Assembly: GCA_015066595.1 (NCBI GenBank)
Contig: SVNZ01000003.1
Location: forward strand, 112,836-176,835
Reading direction: 5' to 3'
DNA length: 64,000 nucleotides
From: Oscillospiraceae bacterium
GTDB taxonomy: Bacteria; Bacillota; Clostridia; Oscillospirales; Acutalibacteraceae
In this document: in pieces, positions 8,209 through 18,006 of the stretch
How positions within the stretch are numbered: position 1 is the stretch's first letter
Layout of the letters: the number at the start of each line of letters is the position of its first letter
The notes under the pieces: model-generated
Told to the model about the DNA's origin: nothing
Seen by the model: the letters and a program-made list of their open reading frames with translations, nothing else
Databases searched by the model: none
Translations under genes and position numbers: made by a program

Positions 8209-9327
8209 ATGGCAAAAGTTTCATTACAACACATTTACAAAATTTATGATGGCGGTGTAACCGCAGTTACAGACTTCAACCTCGAGATCGAGGATAAGGA
8301 ATTTATCATCCTCGTTGGTCCATCCGGTTGTGGTAAATCAACTACACTGAGAATGATTGCTGGTCTTGAGGATATTTCTAAGGGTGAGCTCTACATCGGC
8401 GATATGCTCGCTAACGACGTAGCTCCTAAGGACAGAGACATTGCGATGGTATTTCAGAACTATGCTCTTTATCCACATATGACAGTATATGATAATATGG
8501 CATTCGGCTTAAAGCTCAGAAAGATGCCTAAAGATGAAATCGCTAGAAGAGTTGGCGAAGCTGCAAGAATCCTCGGCATCGAGGAGTATCTCGACAGAAA
8601 GCCAAAGGCTCTCTCCGGTGGTCAGAGACAGCGTGTAGCGCTCGGTCGTGCTATCGTTCGTGATCCTAAGGTATTCTTACTTGACGAGCCTCTCTCAAAC
8701 CTTGATGCAAAGCTTCGTGCTAATATGAGAACTGAGATTTCTAAGCTTTATCAGAGACTTGGAACAACATTCATCTACGTTACTCATGACCAGACTGAGG
8801 CTATGACTATGGGTACAAGAATCGTTGTTATGAAAGACGGTTTCATCCAGCAGGTTGACACACCTCAGCATCTTTATGATATGCCTTGTAACGAGTTCGT
8901 TGCAGGTTTCATCGGTTCACCACAGATGAACTTTGTTGACGCTGTTTTGGTTAAAGACAACGGCAAGTTTGCACTCAAGTTTGATGAGTACACACTGTAT
9001 CTTCCTGATTCAAAGAACAAGAACGACTGTCTTGAGCCATACGCTGGCAAGGAAGTTAGATTCGGTATCCGTCCTGAGCATGTTCATGACGAGGCTGAGT
9101 TCATCGCTAAGTGCGAAGGCGGCAACGGTGTAGTTAAGGCTAACGTTGACGTTACTGAGCTTATGGGCGCTGAGATTTATCTGTATGTAAACATTGGCGG
9201 TATTCCAATCACAGCTAGAGTTGAGCCACACTCAAAGGCTAAGCCTGGCGACGTTATCGAAATCGCATTTGACCTTGAGAAGATTCACATCTTCGATAAA
9301 GACACAGAGAGCACAATTACTAACTGA
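8209..9327 (+). CDS. msmX: Carbohydrate ABC transporter ATP-binding subunit (MsmX/UgpC family)
   Basis: GPSGCGKST, VFQNYALYPH, LSGGQRQRVA, C-terminal OB/TOBE; no permease adjacent; start refined to ATG 8209 (GGAGG). Confidence 0.9.
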   Translation: MAKVSLQHIYKIYDGGVTAVTDFNLEIEDKEFIILVGPSGCGKSTTLRMIAGLEDISKGELYIGDMLANDVAPKDRDIAMVFQNYALYPHMTVYDNMAFGLKLRKMPKDEIARRVGEAARILGIEEYLDRKPKALSGGQRQRVALGRAIVRDPKVFLLDEPLSNLDAKLRANMRTEISKLYQRLGTTFIYVTHDQTEAMTMGTRIVVMKDGFIQQVDTPQHLYDMPCNEFVAGFIGSPQMNFVDAVLVKDNGKFALKFDEYTLYLPDSKNKNDCLEPYAGKEVRFGIRPEHVHDEAEFIAKCEGGNGVVKANVDVTELMGAEIYLYVNIGGIPITARVEPHSKAKPGDVIEIAFDLEKIHIFDKDTESTITN

Positions 9328-9442
9328 TTTTGTATGTAATCGGGGTTTTTCATACAGTTTCAAAATTGTAATTTTAGCCTCAGTTTCTGACAAAATCTGA
9401 CAGCATGCTTTTGTATGTGTTAATAAACCTTTTGTTTAATTT

Positions 9443-9483
9443 GCCCTTTGCAATCCTGAAAACGTGATTGCAAAGGGCTTTTT
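9443..9483 (+). terminator. Intrinsic terminator after msmX
   Basis: GCCCTTTGCAATC / GATTGCAAAGGGC plus TTTTT. Confidence 0.85.
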
Positions 9484-9710
9484 GCATTTATTTGTGCAAA
9501 ATGACAAAGCTTTTGTGCAAATTACCTTTGTGAAATATTTATGAATAATTTGTTCATTTTTTGTGTATATGTATCACATTTTGAGTCCGTTTTTTAAAAA
9601 AAGGTTGATTTTTGCTATCTTTTTGTGTAAAATGTATATGATAATGGAGAATTTTTATTGAAAGCTCCAAATCGTTCGGTATTTTGACTATTATTTTTTG
9701 GAGGCATATT

Positions 9711-10796
9711 ATGTCTAACAGATTATTTCAAGGCGTAATCCATCAGATGAAGGATGCTATCGACAGAACTATAGGTGTTGTTGACGAGACCTCTGTTGTT
9801 ATTGCTTGTTCTGAGCTCGGCAGAATCGGTGAAGTCAACGAAAACATCAACTCAGAGACTCTTGCTGCCACAGTTCCTTTTGTTATCAATGGCCATACAT
9901 TCAAGTCATTTGGCTCTAGTGCCAGAGCAGAATACGCTGTGTTTGTACAGGGTAACGATGACGTGGCGCAGAAGTACGCACAGTTGCTTGCGGTTTCTCT
10001 GTCATCTATCAAGCAGTATTATGATGAAAAATACGACAGAAGCAACTTTATCAAAAATGTAATACTCGACAATATTCTTCCGGGCGATATTTATCTCAAA
10101 GCAAGAGAGCTTCGTTTTAACAGCGAAGTGTCACGTGTTTGTATGATCATCAAGATCACATCAAAGACTGATATTTCAGCTTATGATATCGTGCAAAATC
10201 TCTTCCCAGACAAATCAAAGGATTTTGTCATCAATATCAATGAAACTGATATCACACTTGTCAAGGAGATCAAGCCTGGTATCGAGGGTAAGGATCTTGA
10301 GAAGCTTGCAGGCTCTATAGTGGATACACTGTCAACAGAGTTCTATACACACTGTGTTGTTGGTATTGGCACTACTGTTGTTGGTATCAAAGATCTTGCT
10401 AAGTCATTCAAAGAAGCTCAGGTAGCTTTAGAAGTTGGTAAAGTATTTGATACAGAGCGTACTATTGTCAGCTATGACAACTTAGGTATTGCACGACTTG
10501 TATATCAGCTTCCGACAACACTTTGCGATATGTTCTTAAAGGAAGTTTTCAGACGCGGTTCCATCGAGAGCCTCGATCAGGAGACGCTCTTTACTATTCA
10601 GAAGTTCTTTGAGAACAACCTTAACGTTTCTGAGACATCAAGAAAGCTCTTTGTTCACAGAAACACTCTGGTTTACAGACTCGAGAAAATCAAGAAAATC
10701 ACAGGCCTTGATCTGCGCGAGTTTGAAGATGCTATCGTATTCAAGGTAGCTCTTATGGTTAAGAAATACTTGACCTCCAGCCCTACAAAGTACTAA
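9711..10796 (+). CDS. CdaR/PucR-family transcriptional regulator
   Basis: GGDEF-like middle (VGIG...LAKSFKEA) and C-terminal HTH FFENNLNVSETSRKLFVHRNTLVYRLEKI; start ATG 9711 (GGAGG). Confidence 0.92.
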   Translation: MSNRLFQGVIHQMKDAIDRTIGVVDETSVVIACSELGRIGEVNENINSETLAATVPFVINGHTFKSFGSSARAEYAVFVQGNDDVAQKYAQLLAVSLSSIKQYYDEKYDRSNFIKNVILDNILPGDIYLKARELRFNSEVSRVCMIIKITSKTDISAYDIVQNLFPDKSKDFVININETDITLVKEIKPGIEGKDLEKLAGSIVDTLSTEFYTHCVVGIGTTVVGIKDLAKSFKEAQVALEVGKVFDTERTIVSYDNLGIARLVYQLPTTLCDMFLKEVFRRGSIESLDQETLFTIQKFFENNLNVSETSRKLFVHRNTLVYRLEKIKKITGLDLREFEDAIVFKVALMVKKYLTSSPTKY

Positions 10797-10882
10797 TACA
10801 TAAGGATATTATGTCGCCCTGTGCATTGTTGCGGTGATTGCACTAGCGAATAACAACAAGCGGTTATTTAAGGACGGTTAAT

Positions 10883-11569
10883 ATGATTGAATTTCGTAAT
10901 GTTTCTAAAACATATTCTAATGGCACACACGCATTAGACAACGTAAACCTTTCTGTTGATAAGGGTGAATTTGTATTCATTGTTGGTGCGTCAGGTGCCG
11001 GAAAAAGCACATTTTTGAAGCTTATCATGCACGAAGAAACACCAAGCAGTGGTGCTATCATCGTCAACGATATGCATCTTGAAAAAATAAAAAGAAGAAA
11101 GGTACCGTATCTTAGACGTACTATGGGTATCGTTTTCCAGGACTTCAGACTTATTGGTAAGATGAGTGTCTATGATAACGTAGCGTTTGCGATGCGTTGT
11201 ATCGGCAAAAAAGGTAAAACCATCAAAAAGAGAGTTCCGTATATTCTCGACCTCGTAGGACTCAAGGATAAAGCGCACAATAAACCAAGTGAGCTTTCCG
11301 GTGGTGAGCAGCAGCGTGTAAGCTTAGCTCGAGCTTTGGTCAACAACCCTGCTATGATTATCGCTGACGAACCTACAGGTAACATCGACCCTGAGATGTC
11401 ATACGAGATTATTGAGCTTCTTTCCGAGATAAACAAGAGAGGTACTACAGTGCTTGTTGTTACACACGAGCACGAGCTTGTTGAAAGCTTTAACAAGCGT
11501 GTAGTCAGAATTGAAGGCGGCAGAGTCGTTCACGACAGTAAAGACGACGATACAATGATCGCTATCTGA
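10883..11569 (+). CDS. ftsE: Cell division ATP-binding protein FtsE
   Basis: GASGAGKST, VFQDFRL, LSGGEQQRV, ADEPTGNIDP; precedes ftsX. Confidence 0.95.
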   Translation: MIEFRNVSKTYSNGTHALDNVNLSVDKGEFVFIVGASGAGKSTFLKLIMHEETPSSGAIIVNDMHLEKIKRRKVPYLRRTMGIVFQDFRLIGKMSVYDNVAFAMRCIGKKGKTIKKRVPYILDLVGLKDKAHNKPSELSGGEQQRVSLARALVNNPAMIIADEPTGNIDPEMSYEIIELLSEINKRGTTVLVVTHEHELVESFNKRVVRIEGGRVVHDSKDDDTMIAI

Positions 11570-11588
11570 GCCGGAAAGGAAAATCACA

Positions 11589-12494
11589 ATGAATTTTAGT
11601 AGTTTTGGCTATCTTATAAAAGAAGGCTTTAAAAACATATGGTCAAACAGAATGATGAGTCTTGCGTCTGTTGGCGTGCTTATATCATGTCTTATACTGA
11701 CCGGATCTGCTATCATGCTTTCTGTAAATGTGTCGACGATTGTAGCGTCTGTCGGTGATTCTAACGTCACAACAGTTTATCTCGACGATGATATCACAGA
11801 GCTTGAGGCAGTATATATCGGAAAAACTTTGTCCGGTATTGAAAATGTAACTGATGCAACCTTCTATCCGAAGGACGAAGCAATCCTTGCGTACAAAGAT
11901 GTTCTCGGTGAAGAAGTATTTGTGAATATGTCAGGTGATGACAACCCACTGCCACACGCATATCACATTGTTATGGCGGATTTGTCACTATATGACCAGA
12001 CAGTTGAAAAGTTGCTCAGTGTTGATGGTGTCAACTCGGTTTCATCACGAAGTGATGTTGCAGAAAAGCTCACCTCGCTTAATACACTTGTTACAATGAT
12101 GAGCTTCTGGATTGTATTAGCTCTTGCTATTATTTCGCTGTTCATCATTTCTAATACTATCCGTATGACTATGTTCTCGCACCGTTTCGAAATCAGTATC
12201 ATGAAGTCTGTCGGTGCAACAGACTCTTTCGTACGAATCCCGTTCGTTATCGAAGGTATCATCATCGGTTTAGTATCTGCCGGTATATCCGTCGGCGCAC
12301 TTATACTGCTTTATGATGCGGTTATCAAAGCAGTACAGAACATTCTGCCATTTGAATACGTACCATTCACTGATGTAATGTGGTTTATCATTATCGCCTT
12401 TGTTGCGGCAGGCGTTTTGGTTGGTGCTTTAGGCAGTTTGTTATCTATTCGTAAGTATCTTAAACAAGAGGGTAATGAAATACTCGGTTGGTAA
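11589..12494 (+). CDS. ftsX: Cell division permease FtsX
   Basis: EGFKNIWSNRMMS, ISNTIR...EISIMKSVGATDSFVRIPFVIEG. Confidence 0.95.
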   Translation: MNFSSFGYLIKEGFKNIWSNRMMSLASVGVLISCLILTGSAIMLSVNVSTIVASVGDSNVTTVYLDDDITELEAVYIGKTLSGIENVTDATFYPKDEAILAYKDVLGEEVFVNMSGDDNPLPHAYHIVMADLSLYDQTVEKLLSVDGVNSVSSRSDVAEKLTSLNTLVTMMSFWIVLALAIISLFIISNTIRMTMFSHRFEISIMKSVGATDSFVRIPFVIEGIIIGLVSAGISVGALILLYDAVIKAVQNILPFEYVPFTDVMWFIIIAFVAAGVLVGALGSLLSIRKYLKQEGNEILGW

Positions 12495-12537
12495 TTATTT
12501 TCTTACATTTTCCGACCCTATGAAAAGGAGAATAAGT

Positions 12538-13779
12538 ATGTTAAAAAGAATACTATCATGTATGATTTGCCTGGGTGTTATCGCAGGATGCATTTTGTCA
12601 GTATCTGCTACAGATATTGATTCTATAAAAGAGCAGCAAGAAGCTCTTGCTCAGCAGAGTGCAGAGTACGAAGCTATCCTTAACGAGAAAAATGCTGAGG
12701 TTGCAAAACAGCAGGAATATGTTGATGCTATCGTCGGCAAGGTTGAGACTGTTACTCAGGAGATTCAGGTTAGTCACAAGAAGATCGACGCTCTCGATGC
12801 AGAGATTGCTGAAAAGACTGAGCAGATAGCACAGAAGAATAATGAGATTGAAGAGAATATGGATATCCTCCGCCAGCGTATCAAGACTATCTATCTTGCA
12901 GGTGAGGTATCATCACTTGAGATTATCTTAGGTGCAAAGAACTTCTCTGACTTTTTAGATAAAGTTCAGCTTGTAAAGAGCGTTTCTACTCATGACGAAG
13001 AGCTCATCAACGAGATTCAGGCTCAGCTTGATTTGATCAGCGAGGAGAAAGAAGCTCTCCAGATTGATAAGGTTGAGCTCGAAGAAGAAGAGAAAAACCT
13101 GAAGGCAAAGCAGGATGAGCTCAACGAGCTTCTTGAAGAAAACAAAGAGACACTCGCAACGCTGCAGGAAGAGAGTGATGATGTACTCCAACAGTTGACT
13201 TTGACAGAAGCACAAATAAGCGAGCTCGACGAGGAGCTTCAGGAGTACTACAGACAACAGCAGGCTGCTCAACAGCAACAGCAGCAACAACAGCAGGCTG
13301 CACAACAGCAACAAAGCACATCAAAACCTTCAACACCTACCGTTGAGGTTCCTGCAGGCGGTGGCTATGTATGGCCAGTTCCGGGTTACTATTTGCTCAC
13401 ATCACAGTTTGAAGAGTGGCGTGGTTATTACAACCACGGAGCTCTTGATATCGCAGGTGGCGGTATCATGGGCGCAACAGTTGTTGCGGCAGCAAGCGGT
13501 ACAGTAGTTGGTACAAACTCAAGCTGTAGTCACAACTGGGGCAAGTACTACTCATGTGGCTGTGGCGGTGGCTACGGTAACTATGTAATGATTAACCACG
13601 GTAACGGCAAAGAAACTGTTTACGCACATCTTACATCTGTTGCAGTATCCACAGGTCAGTCCGTATCTGCAGGTCAGTACTTAGGTACTGTCGGTTCAAC
13701 AGGTCATTCAACCGGTGCGCATCTCCATTATGAGACAAGATACAACGGTGTTAAGTACGACCCGATGAGCGAGTACTAA
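12538..13779 (+). CDS. Coiled-coil plus M23 peptidase (EnvC/PcsB-like FtsEX partner) with a poly-Q linker
   Basis: Signal peptide, long coiled coil, QQQAAQQQQQQQQQAAQQQQ linker, HGALD...GYGNYV...STGAHLHYE intact M23 motifs. Confidence 0.9.
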   Translation: MLKRILSCMICLGVIAGCILSVSATDIDSIKEQQEALAQQSAEYEAILNEKNAEVAKQQEYVDAIVGKVETVTQEIQVSHKKIDALDAEIAEKTEQIAQKNNEIEENMDILRQRIKTIYLAGEVSSLEIILGAKNFSDFLDKVQLVKSVSTHDEELINEIQAQLDLISEEKEALQIDKVELEEEEKNLKAKQDELNELLEENKETLATLQEESDDVLQQLTLTEAQISELDEELQEYYRQQQAAQQQQQQQQQAAQQQQSTSKPSTPTVEVPAGGGYVWPVPGYYLLTSQFEEWRGYYNHGALDIAGGGIMGATVVAAASGTVVGTNSSCSHNWGKYYSCGCGGGYGNYVMINHGNGKETVYAHLTSVAVSTGQSVSAGQYLGTVGSTGHSTGAHLHYETRYNGVKYDPMSEY

Positions 13780-13787
13780 AATCTATA

Positions 13788-13845
13788 ATAAATGAATATT
13801 CCCCTTGCATATACTGAAACATAGTTTATGCAGGGGGTATTTTTT
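13788..13845 (+). promoter_or_regulatory. sigmaE-like promoter overlapping the ftsEX-operon terminator and the next RBS
   Basis: ATA(13788)-17-CATATACT(13808); hairpin 13795-13841 followed by a T-run; SD AGGGGG at 13832. Confidence 0.6.
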
Positions 13846-14679
13846 ATGCTTACTACGCTTACAGTCACTAGGGTTCAGTACAAAAACATATTGTCAAAAA
13901 TTATCGGGAGGATACTGGGAAACAAAATGAACGTGGAAGTAAGACAAGCAGGGGATATCAGAATAAAATGTATTGAGTACATAGACAGAAAAGATAAAAT
14001 AAACTGGCGTAAGCTTGACAGAGTTATTGGCGCACAGCGAAACCGACTCTTGTGTGACAAAACTATTGTTCTTCCTAAAGAGCTTGGATATAAACGTTTT
14101 GAAAGTAATGAGTACAAGGTGCGACTGTGTACAAATCTTGCGATAAGTTTGCTTTCTGCTCTTTCAAAAGATAATTTGTGTGTTGGCCTGATAGATGATA
14201 ACGCAACGTATTCTACCTTGCCCAAATATCTGCTCACCTACACAGACAACCTTGTGGTCGTGACAAAAAGAGGTGATGTGTACTCTCAGGTCGAAAAAGA
14301 GCTCCTTCAAGATATGGGAGCACCCATAAGACTTTCGAAATCAACAAATTCGCTTGGAAACTGCGACATAATCATCGCACCTGAGCACAATGATGAAAAG
14401 CTTCCTAGTAAGGACGGTTGTCTTGTGCTTAAAACAAAAAAGCAAAAAGAAAGTTCTAACGAGTTGATTTTGTATGATTACTTCATCAGACTGCCTAAAA
14501 AGTTTTCTGACATCTGTCCCAAGTCTCTTGAGGATACGTACTTTGCATCTGCGTTGTATAGCATAGGATATCGCTATGAACTAGGGTCTTTTGTACCATC
14601 ATTATGCAAAGCAAACAACGGTATGCATACCTTTTCATCGCTAAAAAATCTTATGAATAAAGAGGCATATAAAACTTGA
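13846..14679 (+). CDS. Hypothetical protein (probably sporulation-associated)
   Basis: Long ORF with SD; no recognised motif; sigmaE-like promoter. Confidence 0.7.
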   Translation: MLTTLTVTRVQYKNILSKIIGRILGNKMNVEVRQAGDIRIKCIEYIDRKDKINWRKLDRVIGAQRNRLLCDKTIVLPKELGYKRFESNEYKVRLCTNLAISLLSALSKDNLCVGLIDDNATYSTLPKYLLTYTDNLVVVTKRGDVYSQVEKELLQDMGAPIRLSKSTNSLGNCDIIIAPEHNDEKLPSKDGCLVLKTKKQKESSNELILYDYFIRLPKKFSDICPKSLEDTYFASALYSIGYRYELGSFVPSLCKANNGMHTFSSLKNLMNKEAYKT

Positions 14680-14703
14680 CATAATGCCGATAAATGCTAT
14701 AAT
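14676..14703 (+). promoter_or_regulatory. greA sigmaA promoter
   Basis: TTGACA-16-TATAAT with TG extension. Confidence 0.8.
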
Positions 14704-14759
14704 ACTAACTATGCGCAGACAGTTATTCCTATTTTTATAAATGAAAGGACATATATATT

Positions 14760-15233
14760 ATGGCTAAACCGGTTATGCTCACAGCTGAGGGTTTGAAACA
14801 GCTGGAAGAAGAACTCGATTTCTTAAAAGGTGAAAAACGAAAAGAAATCGCCGAAAAAATCAAAGTTGCTCGTTCATACGGTGACCTGTCAGAAAACAGC
14901 GAGTACGACGATGCAAAAAATGAACAGGCAATTCTTGAAGCTCGAATCGTTACTATCGAGGCTACTTTGAAAAATGCTGTGCTTATTGACGAGAGCGAAA
15001 TCAATAACGAGCATATTCACATTGGCTCAAAAATTAAAGTTGAAAACATCAAGATGGGCAAGACCTTTGACTACAAAATAGTTGGTTCAAACGAGTCTAA
15101 CCCAAGGGAAGGAAAAATCTCTGACGAGTCACCTATCGGTGTAGGACTTCTCGGCAAAAAGGTCGGCGACGTAGTTGAGATTGAAGCTCCTGCCGGAGTT
15201 ATCGCACTCAAGGTACTTGAGATTTCAAAATAA
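14760..15233 (+). CDS. greA: Transcription elongation factor GreA
   Basis: [13 protein letters not shown]...[17 protein letters not shown]...ISDESPIG. Confidence 0.98.
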   Translation: MAKPVMLTAEGLKQLEEELDFLKGEKRKEIAEKIKVARSYGDLSENSEYDDAKNEQAILEARIVTIEATLKNAVLIDESEINNEHIHIGSKIKVENIKMGKTFDYKIVGSNESNPREGKISDESPIGVGLLGKKVGDVVEIEAPAGVIALKVLEISK

Positions 15234-15240
15234 GATTTTT

Positions 15241-15269
15241 TGGGCGACTCCACACAGTCGCCCATTTTT
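15241..15269 (+). terminator. Terminator-like hairpin between greA and lysS
   Basis: TGGGCGACT-CCACAC-AGTCGCCCA plus TTTTT. Confidence 0.6.
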
Positions 15270-15293
15270 GGATTAGTTGAAAGAGGGATTTTT

Positions 15294-16793
15294 ATGGCAG
15301 ACAATCAGAACAAAAATCAGAATACCGAAAATTTATCTGAGATTTTACAGATCAGACGTGATAAGCTCACTGCTCTTCAAGAGGCGGGTCAAGATCCGTT
15401 TTTGGTGACTACTTCTGACAGAGATATTATGTCAAACGAGGTTGTCGAGCGATTCACTGAGCTCGAAGGCAAAGACGTTTGCGTAGCAGGTCGTATTATG
15501 TCTAAGCGTGGCAAGGGTAAAGTTATGTTTATGGATATCCACGACCGCGGTGGCAAAATCCAGATTTTTGCTAAATTCGATGACCTTGGTGAGGAAGTTT
15601 ACAAGGGTCTTAAAAAGTGGGATATCGGTGACATCATGGAAGTCAAGGGCTTTGTGTTCAAAACTCAGATGGGTGAAATCAGCATCCACGCTACAGGTGT
15701 GAAGTTGCTTTCTAAGTCACTTTTACCACTGCCTGAGAAATACCACGGTCTTACTAATACGGACCTTCGTTATCGTCAGCGTTACGTTGACCTTATTATG
15801 AATCCTGATGTTAAGAATACATTCATCAAGCGTAGTGCTATCATCAAGTCAATCAGAGAGTATCTTGACAACAACGGTTACATAGAGGTAGAAACACCTA
15901 TCCTCAACACTATCCCCGGCGGTGCTTCTGCTCGTCCATTCACTACTCACCATAACACATTGAACCTTGATATGTATATGCGTATTGCTACTGAGCTCTA
16001 CTTAAAGAGACTTATCGTAGGCGGTATGGAGAGAGTGTACGAAATCGGCAGAAACTTCAGAAACGAGGGTATGGACGTTAAGCACAACCCTGAGTTTACT
16101 TGCATTGAGTTTTACGAGGCTTATACTGACCTTTATGGTATGATGGACAGAACCGAACAGCTTATTAACAAAGCTTGCGTTGAAGTGAACGGTACTGACC
16201 AGATTGAGTATCAGGGCGACCAAATTAGTTTAGCGCTTCCTTTCAAGCGTGTTACAATGATTGATGCTGTAAAAGAGCATACAGGCGTAGACTTCAACGA
16301 GTTCTACTGTGATACTCAAAAGGCTAAGGAAGTCGCAAAAGAGCTCCACCTCGAAGTTAAGTCCACAGATACTTGGGGTAATATATTGAACTCTGCTTTT
16401 GAAGAGTACGTTGAAGATAAGCTGATTCAGCCTACATTTGTATGTGACTATCCTGTTGAGGTTTCACCTCTTACAAAGCGTAAGCAGGACAAGCCTGAGC
16501 TGGTTGAGCGTTTTGAGCTCTTCTGTAAAATCGGCGAGCTTGCTAATGCATACACAGAGCTTAACGACCCGATTGACCAGAAAAAGCGTTTTGAGCATCA
16601 GCTGATGCTTCGAGAAGCAGGTGACGACGAAGCCAATATGATGGACGACGATTTTGTTACATCTCTTGAATACGGTATGCCACCGACAGGTGGTGTGGGT
16701 ATCGGTATCGACAGACTTGTAATGCTCCTCACAGACTCAGCTTCTATCCGTGATGTTATCCTGTTCCCAACAATGAAACCTATTGAAAAATAA
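15294..16793 (+). CDS. lysS: Lysyl-tRNA synthetase (class II)
   Basis: YRQRYVDLIMN, EVETPIL, FRNEG..HNPEF, EYGMPPTGG.GIGIDRL; start ATG 15294. Confidence 0.99.
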   Translation: MADNQNKNQNTENLSEILQIRRDKLTALQEAGQDPFLVTTSDRDIMSNEVVERFTELEGKDVCVAGRIMSKRGKGKVMFMDIHDRGGKIQIFAKFDDLGEEVYKGLKKWDIGDIMEVKGFVFKTQMGEISIHATGVKLLSKSLLPLPEKYHGLTNTDLRYRQRYVDLIMNPDVKNTFIKRSAIIKSIREYLDNNGYIEVETPILNTIPGGASARPFTTHHNTLNLDMYMRIATELYLKRLIVGGMERVYEIGRNFRNEGMDVKHNPEFTCIEFYEAYTDLYGMMDRTEQLINKACVEVNGTDQIEYQGDQISLALPFKRVTMIDAVKEHTGVDFNEFYCDTQKAKEVAKELHLEVKSTDTWGNILNSAFEEYVEDKLIQPTFVCDYPVEVSPLTKRKQDKPELVERFELFCKIGELANAYTELNDPIDQKKRFEHQLMLREAGDDEANMMDDDFVTSLEYGMPPTGGVGIGIDRLVMLLTDSASIRDVILFPTMKPIEK

Positions 16794-16799
16794 TTTATC

Positions 16800-16839
16800 A
16801 TAACCCAAGATGTCAGCAGATGTCTTGGGTTATCTTTTT
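16800..16839 (+). terminator. lysS terminator
   Basis: ATAACCCAAGA / TCTTGGGTTAT plus CTTTTT. Confidence 0.8.
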
Positions 16840-16930
16840 ATCTTTACGAAAACTTAAGATGTTTAATGTTGAAATGTTTATATTAAGATGATAAAATAGC
16901 AATAGAAATTAAGAAGGGGGAGCTCTTACA

Positions 16931-17326
16931 ATGAATAGAAAAATCGACATTGTTTTTAATAGCGAAAAAGATAATGAGAATAAGTGTTTTCAGATAGCAT
17001 CAGGATATATATCACAAACAACGGTTCTTTTTGAAAAAGAGGATATCGTTGCAGTTGTGTACGCAAAAGGCCGTGTAGAATTTTACAATATGAATGATGA
17101 GTTGCTTACTATAGGCGAGGTACCTGTGGTTGAAAATGGTAAAGAGGTATATGAGGAAATATGCTGTAAGGTAGATGAAAATGCGGTTGGACTTCGTTTT
17201 CCAATAGTCGAATGGATCGATAATTATCCTCACTGTGATGGCGAGCATGACCGCTGGGACACAAGGATTATCGGATATCATACCCTGACATTTGACATGC
17301 TTACTAATTCGGTTGTATGTGAATAA
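16931..17326 (+). CDS. Hypothetical protein
   Basis: SD AAGGGG; own terminator at 17346-17372; WIDNYPHCDGEHDRW segment looks like a conserved motif. Confidence 0.75.
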   Translation: MNRKIDIVFNSEKDNENKCFQIASGYISQTTVLFEKEDIVAVVYAKGRVEFYNMNDELLTIGEVPVVENGKEVYEEICCKVDENAVGLRFPIVEWIDNYPHCDGEHDRWDTRIIGYHTLTFDMLTNSVVCE

Positions 17327-17441
17327 TAGGTTTTAATATCAATTTAAGCCCCTGATTGATCAGGGGCTTTTTCGTTGACAAGGAAGTAATAAAATTATAT
17401 AATAATCGCATATATTAGTGACTAAAAAAGGAGATTACACT

Positions 17442-17972
17442 ATGAAAAAGTCGATACTTGCTCTTATCTTGGTTTTATGTATGACACTACTGCTTGTCGG
17501 TTGTCAAAGTGGCGAGGCTACTCCTGATGAGGTCACTGTGAGCGAAACAGCTGTAGCAGAAACAACCGCTCCACAGTATGTTACATTTACACTTGACGCA
17601 TTCAGCTTCAATGGGTTTGAGCATCAGTTCAGTCTTCAAGAAGACCTCGGTGGAGAAGAAAAAGAAGTGTTCTTCAACAATATAACCTTTACAGCACAGC
17701 CTGGTGATGTAATCGAAACTGTACTCAGTGAGAACAACTACTCCAAAATTAAGAACGTTGAACTCCAAGATGAGTTTTTAGGCTGGATGGAATATAAGCA
17801 GGTCACCATTGTTGATGAAAATGATGTTGAAACCGTCACTTATGAAAGGACATCTGACGCTTTGTATTCAAACAAAGAGCTCATGCAAAAATCTGTGCCT
17901 GAATATAATGTTAAATACTTAGCTCGATGGAAAGATATAGGCGACGATTATTATTCAGCCTACGGTTATTGA
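17442..17972 (+). CDS. Hypothetical acidic lipoprotein
   Basis: MKKSILAL...LLVG-C lipobox; RBS AAGGAG; start ATG 17442. Confidence 0.8.
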   Translation: MKKSILALILVLCMTLLLVGCQSGEATPDEVTVSETAVAETTAPQYVTFTLDAFSFNGFEHQFSLQEDLGGEEKEVFFNNITFTAQPGDVIETVLSENNYSKIKNVELQDEFLGWMEYKQVTIVDENDVETVTYERTSDALYSNKELMQKSVPEYNVKYLARWKDIGDDYYSAYGY

Positions 17973-18006
17973 TAAACAATTTGGTTTTTTATATTTGAAG
18001 GTTTAA

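Noticed and set aside
13250-13315. CAG/CAA microsatellite as a phase-variation tract
   Set aside because: Mixed triplet codons encoding a poly-Q linker; length changes would not shift the frame.
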